From Calditrichaceae bacterium (GTDB taxonomy: Bacteria > Calditrichota > Calditrichia > Calditrichales > JBFXGD01): a stretch of DNA of 64,000 nucleotides. The notes beneath the pieces were generated by a model that saw nothing but the letters and a program-made list of their open reading frames with translations, searched no databases and had not been told where the DNA came from. The position numbers and the translations under genes were made by a program. Positions 49,606-59,933 of this stretch are shown piece by piece (position 1 is the first letter of the stretch; each line of letters starts with the position of its first letter). The DNA lies in assembly GCA_050173015.1 (NCBI GenBank), contig JBFXLE010000022.1, positions 1,102 to 65,101 on the forward strand, given 5' to 3'.

Positions 49606-50279
49606 AATTACGTTCCGCTTTTCCGGAAAACTTTTGTTTTATTTTAAAATTTTCATTCATCATAAACATATGCTCTTCTAATCTTCTCAAGAACCATGCC
49701 AGAAAAACCGCCGGTGACCAAAAACACTTAAAATATTGTTTTTATGTAACTTGCATATTTGAAAAACAGAAAACTAATTCCAATTCATGTAAGAAGATTT
49801 TACATATTGTCAGAAATAATTACATGATACGGATTCCGGTAGCTTCTTAATAGAAACTTGTATCGCTTTTAAAATGCAAAGATGTACCACATAGACGAAC
49901 CGGGAGGATAGAGTCATCCGGATTCATCAGATTTTATCTGATCCACCATATAAACAGCTTAAGAGGAACGAGCAGACGCATAGGATAAAAATACCGGATT
50001 TGTTACGAAGTGGACCAGAAATGATTCTGATGTTCTAATGGGTATGAGTTTCGGATAAAATCCGCCAAAAATATATGTCAAATGTCAATACATTAACCCC
50101 ACAATCGCTAAGGACTTGAGAATGAAAACTTTTACTGGCTTTGATGAGCCATCGCGATTTTCACAGTACGAAGAAACACCTCCTAACTACCGGCAATCTA
50201 TTCATCCTCAGAAACACAAACAGTTTATCTGCCGGATGATGTATTAGTTTGGAATAAAGGCATATATTTAAAATCAGAA

Positions 50280-50308
50280 ACAGGTATCAGAATTAATCTG
50301 ATACCTGT
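50280..50308 (-). terminator. Strong 12-bp stem-loop (possible bidirectional terminator) after the OmpA/TSP3 gene
   Basis: ACAGGTATCAGA-ATTAA-TCTGATACCTGT, 20 nt below the stop at 50329. T-rich sequence follows on both strands (TTTCTGATTTT on minus; CCTTTTCGATTT on plus). Confidence 0.55.
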
Positions 50309-50328
50309 CCTTTTCGATTTACCTGATT

Positions 50329-51954
50329 TTATTTTTCCAATTCATCCATATTGAGGACTAAAAATTCGACACGACGGTTTAAGGTTTTGCCATCGGCTGT
50401 TCTGTTGTCTGATAAAGGCATCGTCCTGCCAAAACCCTGTACTGATAAATTGGCCGGTATAATTTCAAGCGCGCGGCTGAGCAGGTATTCCCGCACAACT
50501 TTTGCCCGTTCTATACTGAGCTGCATGTTAAATTCATCGGTTCCATCCGCATCGGTATGACCTCTGATTTCAATCTTTAACTCGGGATGTTTCACAAGAA
50601 TACGGCTTATTTCATGTAAAACTTCATAGGATTCCGGTTTAATGGTTGCCTTTCCGGGATCAAAGTATATTTTATGGACTCTCAACAATCCCTTCGTCAG
50701 CAGTTCAAGCTCCATTGGCGGAAGAGCGCGGCCTTTGGAATCGACTTTTGCGCCGGCAGCCGTGCGTGGTTCGAGATCTATGCCATCAGGAATACCGTCC
50801 CCGTCGCTGTCAATTGCTACGCCGCGGACATTCACGATTGCTCCGTTGGGTGAGTTTGGTTCCTGATCAATTCCGTCCGGAACACCGTCACCGTCCGAAT
50901 CAATGGCCTTGCCCAGGCGGTCAACCAGCGCGCCTTTCGGAGTTTGCGGTTCCATATCAATGCCATCCGGCACCCCATCCAGATCAGAGTCCAGTGAACG
51001 GCCTCTCGAATCAACCGGCCAGCCTTTCGGAGTTTGAGAATCCAAATCCCTGGAATTTGGTATGCCGTCAAAGTCATCATCCGCGAGATAGGTCCGCGTT
51101 CCGAATGATATACCTAATAAAATTCGCCAGTCTTCAGCGCGCGTTGGTGTCGCATCCTTTCTTTTTTCGGATAGTCTTAAATTAATCCCCAGACGTATCC
51201 CAAAATTTGATGCTGTTACATATTGAACGCCCTGAGTGAAAATCAGCCTGTCTTGGAAAGGTTCAACCTTATCATCCATTTCTATGGCCGAATACAATTC
51301 ACTAAAGCCTGTCCACCCGGGAGCAATACGGTACTCAAGCGCTGTGGAAGTAATTAACAAATCATCATCAACAATATCATCTCTCAACCCCTGCCATCTG
51401 TAAGCTTCATTGAAATGGAGTTTCCAGGACGGGCTGAACCGGTAGGTCTGAATCAGCATCGCCTCAATTCCGTATTCCTCATTGTCATAGGGATAACTGG
51501 GATGAATGGCAAAATCGGCTCCCATTGGCACATGAAAAGCCAGTCGGCCGGCCATATCGAAATTATCCGTATTTAACGGAACTTTATATTTCAGGCCAAG
51601 CCTTGCGGATCCAAATCCGCTCTGCAGATGATCCATGCGGTTATCTTCTTTATGAAGCACTCCCCGGCCGATGGTATAAAGAACACCTGAAAGTTCAAGC
51701 TCATCCGACATATCAAATGTGAGAGTGCTCGTTCCGATAACTAATTCTTCAGTACCCGAAACTCCGGATAAATTTGTTGTGTTGTAAATACCGCTAAAAT
51801 TTGCCCCGATAAAACCTCTGCCAAATGTTTCCGCGGTAAATGTATTAATAAAACCCCTTCCCCCTTCCTGGGCTGGAAATTGATCTTCCTGAGAAAACAA
51901 GTACACCGGCATAAAAAAAACTGCAGCAAACACAATCCCGATTAAAAACTTCAT
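50329..51954 (-). CDS. Outer-membrane protein: N-terminal beta-barrel, thrombospondin type-3 repeats, C-terminal OmpA domain
   Basis: Signal peptide. Repeated Ca-binding TSP3 motifs (DDDFDGIPNSRD, DSDLDGVPDGID, DSDGDGVPDGID, DSDGDGIPDGID). OmpA_C: IYFDPGKATI, RGHTDADGTDEFNMQLSIERA and NRRVEFLV. Confidence 0.85.
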   Translation of the reverse strand: MKFLIGIVFAAVFFMPVYLFSQEDQFPAQEGGRGFINTFTAETFGRGFIGANFSGIYNTTNLSGVSGTEELVIGTSTLTFDMSDELELSGVLYTIGRGVLHKEDNRMDHLQSGFGSARLGLKYKVPLNTDNFDMAGRLAFHVPMGADFAIHPSYPYDNEEYGIEAMLIQTYRFSPSWKLHFNEAYRWQGLRDDIVDDDLLITSTALEYRIAPGWTGFSELYSAIEMDDKVEPFQDRLIFTQGVQYVTASNFGIRLGINLRLSEKRKDATPTRAEDWRILLGISFGTRTYLADDDFDGIPNSRDLDSQTPKGWPVDSRGRSLDSDLDGVPDGIDMEPQTPKGALVDRLGKAIDSDGDGVPDGIDQEPNSPNGAIVNVRGVAIDSDGDGIPDGIDLEPRTAAGAKVDSKGRALPPMELELLTKGLLRVHKIYFDPGKATIKPESYEVLHEISRILVKHPELKIEIRGHTDADGTDEFNMQLSIERAKVVREYLLSRALEIIPANLSVQGFGRTMPLSDNRTADGKTLNRRVEFLVLNMDELEK

Positions 51955-52192
51955 CTGAGCCCCCTTGTCAGTTTTGATTTGAACATCTGAACATTTGAAT
52001 ATCTGTCAATTCTCATGCCAACAAAAAATGGGTTATATAAATCAGTTAAGTTGTTTTTTAATAAACACTTAAATAAATAAAAGATTTTGGGGTTTTTGAA
52101 ATTTTTATCAGCGGGATGTAAACAAGTTAGTCATCCTGATCTAAAGTGATACAAAAAGTGCGGCATAATGGAATCTGAACGTTGGGGGGAGC

Positions 52193-53617
52193 TTATTCAT
52201 CCTTCATGATGATTACTTCATTTTTTATTCCGTATTTTTCAATTCTTTGATGAAGCATAACCCGTGAGATGCCGAGAATTTTTGAAGCTTTGACCTGATT
52301 TCCTCCGGTTTCTCTCAGTATTTGCAATATCAGATGTTTCTCCGCCTCCGACATGATCTGTTCATAGAGGACGCCGGTAAATTGCTCAATCTGTTCCTTC
52401 GAAACATTTTGCGGGATATATTCTTTTTTTGACTCTATTCGTGACGCCTGTTTAAATTCCTCTGTTATCAATTCATCGGGAATTACATTCCCCTTTGACA
52501 AAACGATAGCTCGTCTAATGACATTTTCCAACTCGCGGATGTTTCCCGGCCAATGATACTGCCGTAGAGTTTCGAGTGAGCTATTTGAAAATTTGATTCC
52601 ATCTTTTTGTTCCGCTTTACAGTGTTTTTCTAAAAAATATTCAGCCAAAGCGGGAATATCATTTTTTCTAAGACGCAGCGGCGGTAAGGTTATTGTGACA
52701 ACTTTTATCCTGTAATACAGATCATCCCTGAATCGGCCTTCTTCAATGGCTCGTTCCAGATTCCTGTTTGTAGCCGCGATCACACGTACATTTACTTTGA
52801 TTGTCTGTTCCCCGCCCAATCTTTCAAAACTTCCTTCCTGGAGGACCCTAAGAATTTTCGCCTGTGTTGTAAGGGTCATATCACCTATTTCATCAAGAAA
52901 AATAATGCCCCCATCCGCCAGCTCGAATTTCCCTGTTTTACGCCGGTTTGCGCCGGTAAAAGCACCTTTTTCATATCCGAACAACTCGCTTTCAAGAAGC
53001 GTTTCCGGGATCGCGGCGCAGTTCACGGCTATAAACTGCTTATTTGTCCTGTTACTATGCTGATATATCGCGCGGGCGATTAATTCCTTGCCTGTTCCGC
53101 TCTCTCCCCTTAGAAGAATATTTACGTCACTCGCTGCTACCCTGCCGATCAGTTTATAAACTTCCTGCATCACCGGACTGTTGCCAATGATAGTATCCGC
53201 GTTCCAGTCAGAGATTGATGAATTTTCAAATTCTGATTGTATTTGATGTAAACGGCTAAATTCCAGCGCATCGGCGATTACTTTTTTCATGGCGGGTATA
53301 TCAAACGGTTTCAGAATATAATCAAACGCGCCGGATTTTGTGGCATTAATCGCGGTTTCAGTATCACCGAACGCGGTCATGATCAGGGCGACAACTTTCG
53401 AATCAATTTCTTTTAGTTCCTTCAAAATCTCAATCCCGGATTTATCAGGCAGACGTACATCCAGGATAATCAAGTCATAGCTGTTGTCCCTGAATTTGGA
53501 AAGCGCCTCCGCGCCGTTTTTCGCCGCGTCAATATGATAATTATCCGAATTTAAAAATCGTTTGAATGAATACCGTACACTTTCCTCATCATCTACAACA
53601 AGTATCCGGTTAGTCAT
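52193..53617 (-). CDS. Sigma-54-dependent response regulator (NtrC/AtoC family)
   Basis: Receiver (LVVDDEESV, LIILDVRLPDKSG), an AAA+ core (GESGTGKELIARAIY, GAFTGA, RVIAATN, FRDDLYYRI), and a Fis-type HTH (GGNQVKASKILGISRVMLHQRI). Confidence 0.9.
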   Translation of the reverse strand: MTNRILVVDDEESVRYSFKRFLNSDNYHIDAAKNGAEALSKFRDNSYDLIILDVRLPDKSGIEILKELKEIDSKVVALIMTAFGDTETAINATKSGAFDYILKPFDIPAMKKVIADALEFSRLHQIQSEFENSSISDWNADTIIGNSPVMQEVYKLIGRVAASDVNILLRGESGTGKELIARAIYQHSNRTNKQFIAVNCAAIPETLLESELFGYEKGAFTGANRRKTGKFELADGGIIFLDEIGDMTLTTQAKILRVLQEGSFERLGGEQTIKVNVRVIAATNRNLERAIEEGRFRDDLYYRIKVVTITLPPLRLRKNDIPALAEYFLEKHCKAEQKDGIKFSNSSLETLRQYHWPGNIRELENVIRRAIVLSKGNVIPDELITEEFKQASRIESKKEYIPQNVSKEQIEQFTGVLYEQIMSEAEKHLILQILRETGGNQVKASKILGISRVMLHQRIEKYGIKNEVIIMKDE

Positions 53618-55108
53618 TTATTTTACCCTCCTGTACGGTAAGACGATGGTGAACATGGCGCCTGATCCCTTATTATTTTCAGCTTCTATTCTCCCGCCGT
53701 GATTGGTTATAATCTGATACGCGATTGAGAGTCCCAATCCCGTACCATCCTCCCGGCCCGTGACAAACGGATCAAAGATAGTATCCATCAGATCATTCGG
53801 TATCCCTTTACCGTTATCCGCTATGGTAATCTCCACACTTTCCTTATCCGGTCCATCATCTTTTATGATCTTTGTCCCGAGAAATAATTTGCCGCCTTCG
53901 GGCATGGCTGAAACAGCGTTTTGAATAATATTCAGAAAGACCTGCCGCATCTGTTGCTTGTCCGCGAATATATTGACGTCTTTAGCAGTTCGCGCGGCCG
54001 ATAGCGAAATTTTCGCGTTTTTAAGCTGAGTAGCCATCAATTTTAAGGTTTGTTCTATAATTTCATTCACATCCACATTGGCAAATTCGGGTCTTGGCGG
54101 CCGGGCAAAATCAAGAAATTCCTGAAGAAAATGTTCCATACGCAGGATTTCTTTTAATATCACCTGAAAATCTTTATTCAGGCCGGTATCATTCCGCATT
54201 TCATCCTTCATAGAAAAGACAAGCATTTTAATGGCTGTGAGCGGATTCCGAATTTCATGGGCCAGGCCGGCGGAAATTTTACCGAGTGCCGCGAACCGCT
54301 CCGAACGCTCAAGCATGGCGCGGCTTTTCACCAGATCTGTGTTTATCTCATAAACCTTATTGATGAGTGAACGGACCGAATGATCCAGATGATCCAATTC
54401 AGTACCATTTGAAATATCTACTTTTTCTACGATATCAGTGTCCGTTGCTCCCCGCACCTTCAAAACGAGTTCATAAATGGGATGAGTAATGCTGCGCGCG
54501 AGAAATCCCCCCAACCCTAATCCGATCAGAATCCCAAGAATTCCCATACCGTACATGATCGTATTTACCGTTTTGTTATCCCGTTCGATCAGCATACCGG
54601 TGTTGTACATCATTTTTTCATTAACAAAGAGTAATTCTTCACATTTTTCAAAAATGAGATCAAAATAACTTTTCATCGGTCCGGTCAAAATTTCGTAGGC
54701 GTGCGCCGTATCATTCCGTTGATAATGAATCACCACCTGTTTCTGATAATCCGTATATGTCTTGAACAATACTTCAATTTCATCGAGAATATTTTCTTCA
54801 TATTTCGTGTGGGTCAGATTTCGCGCCGTTATGAACCATTCCATAAACAAGGATTGTTTATCTTTGAAAACCTCAAGCCAGGACAAATTGCCGTCAAGCA
54901 GATAATATGATGTATGCCCTTTCATATCCAATAGCGCTATTTCCAGCTCCTCCGCCGCTTTAAGGCTGGATACGTTTTCAGCAAGTATTCTACTTGTCCC
55001 GCGCTGCATCCTGTTAGTGTAAAAACTTGCAAATAAGCCGAGAACTATAAGAAGACCGCTCATCAGTAAAAAGCCGGTTATCATCCTGGGGCGTATTCTT
55101 AACTTCAA
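53618..55108 (-). CDS. Sensor histidine kinase (helical periplasmic sensor, HAMP, HisKA, HATPase)
   Basis: Two TM helices. H-box LAHEIRNPLTAIKM, N-box FLNIIQNAVSAM, G1 DNGKGI, G2 GTGLGLSIA. It abuts the regulator gene with no gap. Confidence 0.85.
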   Translation of the reverse strand: MKLRIRPRMITGFLLMSGLLIVLGLFASFYTNRMQRGTSRILAENVSSLKAAEELEIALLDMKGHTSYYLLDGNLSWLEVFKDKQSLFMEWFITARNLTHTKYEENILDEIEVLFKTYTDYQKQVVIHYQRNDTAHAYEILTGPMKSYFDLIFEKCEELLFVNEKMMYNTGMLIERDNKTVNTIMYGMGILGILIGLGLGGFLARSITHPIYELVLKVRGATDTDIVEKVDISNGTELDHLDHSVRSLINKVYEINTDLVKSRAMLERSERFAALGKISAGLAHEIRNPLTAIKMLVFSMKDEMRNDTGLNKDFQVILKEILRMEHFLQEFLDFARPPRPEFANVDVNEIIEQTLKLMATQLKNAKISLSAARTAKDVNIFADKQQMRQVFLNIIQNAVSAMPEGGKLFLGTKIIKDDGPDKESVEITIADNGKGIPNDLMDTIFDPFVTGREDGTGLGLSIAYQIITNHGGRIEAENNKGSGAMFTIVLPYRRVK

Positions 55109-55405
55109 AAGAAATCGTTTCTCCGTGACCTGGTTAAAATATCAACTATATTTCGGTGATACACACATATTTTAAAAAGATTTCTGGTGATATGAAACAA
55201 AATTCAACCACAGTGATGATCTGATCGGATTAAATTTCCTTTATACTCGGAGTCGATTACTTTTAAATAATTATGAATTTTATATATTTCGTATCCAAAA
55301 TTTGATTATGAAACGAACTCACAGTATATATATTGATGTTATTTTGTTTAAAAATGATTAATTTAGACAGATCATACGCAAAAATAAGTAATAAGGAGTT
55401 ATCCG

Positions 55406-55906
55406 ATGACACCCAAAAAACCGGAAACGCTCAGCAGCTGGAATATTGTTTTTCCAAATGACGCTAACGCCCTTGGAACCATGTTCGGCGGGCGGCTTAT
55501 GGCTATAATGGACGAAATGGCCGGGATCGCCGCCTTAAGATACGCGGAAAAACCGGTGGTTACCGCTTCCACCGAGGCCATTATTTTCAAGCTTCCGGTG
55601 CGTATCGGCGACAGGATTGAAACAACAGCCCGGGTCGTCTGGGTTGGCAGGAGCTCCCTGGTCATAAAACTGGATGTCTATGCTGAAAATCCCACGATGG
55701 GCCGCGCGCGTCAGCTTTGCACAACCGCCCATTTCAATTTCGTCGCTCTTGATGAAAAAGGCAAACCATCGGCAGTCGCGCCGCTAGATATTATTACTGA
55801 AGCCGACAAAAAGGAATATCAAATCGCTGAGATCGTAAAGAAAAATGCCCTTTCCCGAAAAAATGAGATTGATCAAATGCATACAGGTTCTTTTGATGAG
55901 CGCTAA
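55406..55906 (+). CDS. Acyl-CoA thioesterase (hotdog fold, YciA/BFIT-like)
   Basis: VFPNDANALGTMFGGRLMAIMDEMAGIAA is the characteristic acyl-CoA thioester hydrolase motif. GGAG lies upstream of the ATG. Confidence 0.8.
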   Translation: MTPKKPETLSSWNIVFPNDANALGTMFGGRLMAIMDEMAGIAALRYAEKPVVTASTEAIIFKLPVRIGDRIETTARVVWVGRSSLVIKLDVYAENPTMGRARQLCTTAHFNFVALDEKGKPSAVAPLDIITEADKKEYQIAEIVKKNALSRKNEIDQMHTGSFDER

Positions 55907-55993
55907 AGTAAACCAGCATAAAAATCGATTGTACAAGTGAATTAATTATTTTTTTTCGACGGATTAAATAAATCAGCAATTAATCCGATAATT

Positions 55994-58861
55994 GTGATCG
56001 GATTCAAATATAACAAGTTATTTGATAATAACCGGGTTTTATTAATGAGTGAAGAACGCTTACAAAAAAAAATCGAAGAATTACGGAAAATAATTGCCGA
56101 TAAAGAGAAACAGTTAGTCGATTTACAAAAGAACGAGACTAAATTTCGGGAAATATTCAATAAAGCCAATGACAGTATATTTTTATGGGAAATTGATGAA
56201 TATGGAATGCCCGGCAAGTGTATTGAGGTAAATGAGATTGCCTGTGAAAGTCTTGGATACACCCGAAATGAAATCCTCAGCATGACCGCTCTTGAAATTA
56301 AGAGCATGGATTCCATAGAAAAAATACCATCAATCATGGAAGAGCTTCACCGAAACTCCCGGGTGAATTTCATTATAGACAATAAAAGCAAAGATGGGCA
56401 TTCAATTCCCGTAGAAATTAACTCTCATATTTTTGAGCTGGATAATAAAAAAGTTATACTTTCCATAACACGTGACCTGAGTGAACGGTCAAGAGCCGAA
56501 GAGGCGCTGAGAATAAGTGAAGAGCGTCTGAAATTCGCTCTTGACGGGACAAAAGCGGGGTTATGGGACTGGAACATTTCCACCGGAGAAATATTCTACA
56601 GCAGGCAGTGGTCCGAGATGCTCGGTTACAAACCCGAGGATATGAAACAAAAAGAAAGCTTCTGGGAATCCCTTGTTCATCCTGATGACTATCAAAATGT
56701 GGCCGGTCTTCTCAAGAATCATCTCAACGGAAATTCTGATCAGTATGCTGCCGAATATCGCCTCCTTACCAAAAGTGGAGATTGGAAGTGGATACTTGAC
56801 AGCGGAAAAGTGGTTGAACGTGATGATAACGGGAAACCCGTGCGCGCAGTGGGAACCCACCTTGATATAAGCCAGCGAAAAATGAATGAAGAGCAAATTT
56901 TACAATCCGAATATAAATTCAAGGCTATATTTGATTACGCCAATGACGCTATTTTTCTGATGGACGGAGAAAAATTTGTCGATTGCAATCAAAAGACCAT
57001 TGAAATTTTCGGGTATAGTAAAGAAGAAATTCTGGGGAAGAAACCCTATGAATTATCACCATTGTTGCAGCCGAACGGCGAGGATTCGAAACAGGCGGCC
57101 AAAGCGAAAATTCAGGAGGCCCTTGCGGGCAACCCGCAGTTTTTCGAATGGACCCATCAGAAAAACGACAAATCATATATAGAGGTCGAAGTCAGCCTAA
57201 ACCGGATAACCGTAAATGGCAAAACACTAATTCAGGCGATTGTTCACGACATTACCAATCGTAAGGAAGCTGAAAGAGCGCTTTATGAAAGAACCATGCA
57301 GTACGAAAGTTTTATACGAAACAGCCTGGTCGGCATCTGGCGGGTTGAATTTAAACAACCCATCCCCATCACTCTTCCGGACAGGGAAATTGCCGAACGG
57401 ATTTTATCCAACGGCTATTTTTCCGAATGCAATGACGCCTTTTTGGAAATGTACCATTCAGATTCAAGGGATGATTTTATAGGCCGCCCTATCCGCAGCG
57501 GCAGCGTGGATAATGAAAAATCTTTAAAACGCCTCGAGTTCTTTGTGAAAAACGGATTTAAAATTGTTCTCATCGACAATGAGGAATATGATAAAAACGG
57601 GAAATTAAAATATTTCCGAAATTCTTATATCGGTTTTGTTGAAGAAGAGTATTTGCTTTGGATGTGGGGCGTCCAGATAGACATCACCGAACAGCGCAGA
57701 CTCGAAACCCAATTCAGGCAATCACAGAAAATGGAAGCGGTGGGGATGCTCGCGGGAGGTATCGCCCATGACTTCAATAACCTTCTGACCGTAATCAATG
57801 GATACAGCGAGATCATACTCAGCCGGATAGATAATGACAATCCTATTCATAAACATATCAATTCCATAAAAACAGCCGGAGAAAGGGCGGCGACCCTGAC
57901 CGGACAACTTCTTGCCTTCAGCAGAAAACAGATTCTTCAACCAAAAGTTTTAAATTTGAATACAATCGTCCGGAATCTTGAAAAAATGCTTAAACGGCTC
58001 ATCCGTGAAGATATTACACTGACAACAAAACTTTTCCCGTCTCTGTGGAGCATCAAATCAGATCCGGGCCAGCTTGAACAAATACTGATCAATCTTATCG
58101 TCAACGCCCGTGATGCCATGCCGGACGGCGGTAGTTTAACAATCACGACTAATAATGTTGAGCTTGATGAAATATTTGTTGATTTGCATCCCGGATCAAA
58201 AATCGGGTCTTTTGTGGTGCTTTCTGTTCAGGATAACGGTATCGGTATTGACAAAGAGACACAATTAAGAATATTCGAACCTTTTTTTACTACCAAGGAA
58301 AAAGCGACCAGCACCGGCCTGGGTTTAGCGACAGTATATGGAATAGTGAAACAGAGTAATGGCTATATATCAGTTGACAGCGAGCCCGGAAAAGGAAGTA
58401 CTTTTAGTATGTACCTGCCTCGTGTAACGGGTGGAAATTCTGAAGATATTACAGATAAGGCTGAGATAGATGTCAGTTTTAAGGATCTGAATGGCACCGA
58501 GACGATTCTGGTAGTTGAGGACGAAGAAAGAGTTTTACAAGTGGTTAGTGATACTCTGAGTGCTTTAGGCTATACAGTTTTGGAAGCTGCCAACGGCGAT
58601 CACGCGAGCTTTATATTCGAAGAAACCGACGGACCGATTGATCTTATACTCACCGATGTTATTATGCCAAAATTGAATGGACAGGAATTAGTCGAACTCC
58701 TTCAATCCAGCCGCCCTGATCTAAAAGTTTTATTCATGTCAGGTTATACCGATGACGCTATCCTGCAACATGGAGTTTTGAAGAAGAACACAAATTTTAT
58801 ACATAAGCCATTCACCCCGAAGGAGCTGGCTTTGAAAGTCAGAAATGTACTGGACAATTAG
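55994..58861 (+). CDS. Hybrid sensor histidine kinase with multiple PAS/PAC domains and C-terminal receiver
   Basis: Coiled-coil start and at least three PAS-like modules (FREIFNKANDSIFLWE; LKFALDGTKAGLWDWN; FKAIFDYANDAIFLMD). H-box IAHDFNNLLTVI, N-box LINLIVNARDAM, G1 DNGIGI, G2 GLGLATVYG. Receiver ILVVEDEE, LILTDVIMPKLNG and IHKPF. The true start may be the Met at 56045. Confidence 0.85.
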   Translation: MIGFKYNKLFDNNRVLLMSEERLQKKIEELRKIIADKEKQLVDLQKNETKFREIFNKANDSIFLWEIDEYGMPGKCIEVNEIACESLGYTRNEILSMTALEIKSMDSIEKIPSIMEELHRNSRVNFIIDNKSKDGHSIPVEINSHIFELDNKKVILSITRDLSERSRAEEALRISEERLKFALDGTKAGLWDWNISTGEIFYSRQWSEMLGYKPEDMKQKESFWESLVHPDDYQNVAGLLKNHLNGNSDQYAAEYRLLTKSGDWKWILDSGKVVERDDNGKPVRAVGTHLDISQRKMNEEQILQSEYKFKAIFDYANDAIFLMDGEKFVDCNQKTIEIFGYSKEEILGKKPYELSPLLQPNGEDSKQAAKAKIQEALAGNPQFFEWTHQKNDKSYIEVEVSLNRITVNGKTLIQAIVHDITNRKEAERALYERTMQYESFIRNSLVGIWRVEFKQPIPITLPDREIAERILSNGYFSECNDAFLEMYHSDSRDDFIGRPIRSGSVDNEKSLKRLEFFVKNGFKIVLIDNEEYDKNGKLKYFRNSYIGFVEEEYLLWMWGVQIDITEQRRLETQFRQSQKMEAVGMLAGGIAHDFNNLLTVINGYSEIILSRIDNDNPIHKHINSIKTAGERAATLTGQLLAFSRKQILQPKVLNLNTIVRNLEKMLKRLIREDITLTTKLFPSLWSIKSDPGQLEQILINLIVNARDAMPDGGSLTITTNNVELDEIFVDLHPGSKIGSFVVLSVQDNGIGIDKETQLRIFEPFFTTKEKATSTGLGLATVYGIVKQSNGYISVDSEPGKGSTFSMYLPRVTGGNSEDITDKAEIDVSFKDLNGTETILVVEDEERVLQVVSDTLSALGYTVLEAANGDHASFIFEETDGPIDLILTDVIMPKLNGQELVELLQSSRPDLKVLFMSGYTDDAILQHGVLKKNTNFIHKPFTPKELALKVRNVLDN

Positions 58862-58881
58862 TTCTTTTTATGTGAGATCTA

Positions 58882-59565
58882 TTATTTGGACCGGTTTCCA
58901 CTTTCAATATTTTTCAATAATAGCTCCGCTTCTTCTGATTCACCGATGTAAGTAAACAGATGTCGTCCGATGTGAGAAATATTTATGCGTTTATCATTTC
59001 CAAACGGTCCTGAAAAACATTCATCCAGCTTTTGAATAATCTCTCTTTCATTTTGACACTCATACACCTGTCTGGCAAGAAATTCCGCGTCATCTCTAAT
59101 GACCTGATCGTCAAAACCATCATATTTACTGTAATGGGAATAAATACTGCTGTGGAGAAAATTTAATCTGAAATAGGCGTACACATTAAACGGCGCGGAA
59201 ATTTTTTTCATCTGTTCAGAAGAGATAACAGAAAATGGAACGTGCAGTCTTTCATTTTTAGACAAGTGATCATAATGGGTATTTTGACTTGCCCCCGGAT
59301 TTCCGGTATCATACAGATAATGCAGACCAAGAAAGGCTTCCCATACCTCAATCCAGTTTTTCCGGTTGATCATATAATTAAAAAAAATAGATTTCAGATC
59401 CATTAACAACATCTCATCCGAAATTTTATCCGCGAGCTCCCGCAGTCCATATCCGTTGTTAAATGATCCTTCTCTTAAATATTTTCGTATGACTCTTGCA
59501 TAGATTACTTCCATATTCCCGGAATTCAAATCTTCCTCCGTTTCGTATCCATGAAACGCAATCAT
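58882..59565 (-). CDS. Hypothetical protein (227 aa)
   Basis: A long ORF with coding-like composition. I recognise no signal peptide, TM segment or motif. Confidence 0.4.
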   Translation of the reverse strand: MIAFHGYETEEDLNSGNMEVIYARVIRKYLREGSFNNGYGLRELADKISDEMLLMDLKSIFFNYMINRKNWIEVWEAFLGLHYLYDTGNPGASQNTHYDHLSKNERLHVPFSVISSEQMKKISAPFNVYAYFRLNFLHSSIYSHYSKYDGFDDQVIRDDAEFLARQVYECQNEREIIQKLDECFSGPFGNDKRINISHIGRHLFTYIGESEEAELLLKNIESGNRSK

Positions 59566-59933
59566 CCTTTTAACTCCAAAAACACCAGGTAAATCAACGA
59601 AAAAAAGACCGCTAAAATAACGGAGAACGTTAATCCGGTTCTCCGTCCCCGCGGCAAATCTCTTTCAGTATAATATATCTACTATTATTTCAGCACGTGT
59701 GATGATAGTCAATTATCTAGAAGAATCTTATTATATCATCGTTGCATAGAAATCAAGAAAGTAATAAATTGAACGGATCAGAATTCAATTATCGCGGTGC
59801 GGATATTTAAGATTCCGGTCAGTTATGCCCGCGACTGAACAATATTTTATATTCTGCTAATGGAGCGCAGATATATGTCGATTTATTATGCTATTAACTA
59901 TGATTTGCAAAGTATAGGTTTCATGGAGGCGAC

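Noticed and set aside
49875-49889. Possible sigma-54 promoter upstream of the receiver-tol operon (minus strand TGGTACATCTTTGCA)
   Set aside because: The spacing between the GG and GC elements is one nucleotide short of the GG-N10-GC rule, and the -24 box has a mismatch.
50646-51185. 179-aa plus-strand ORF, with neighbouring 74-aa and 82-aa ORFs, inside the OmpA/TSP3 gene
   Set aside because: It is antisense or out of frame to a gene with clear TSP3 and OmpA motifs. The Arg/Pro/Ser-rich low-complexity translation arises from the GAT/GGC-rich repeat codons.
52004-52020. Possible sigma-54 promoter upstream of the OmpA/TSP3 gene (minus strand TGGCATGAGAATTGACA)
   Set aside because: The -24 box and spacing are good, but the -12 element reads TTGA instead of TTGC. 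The GC dinucleotide is the most conserved part of sigma-54 promoters, so it is not reported as a feature without a species-specific model.
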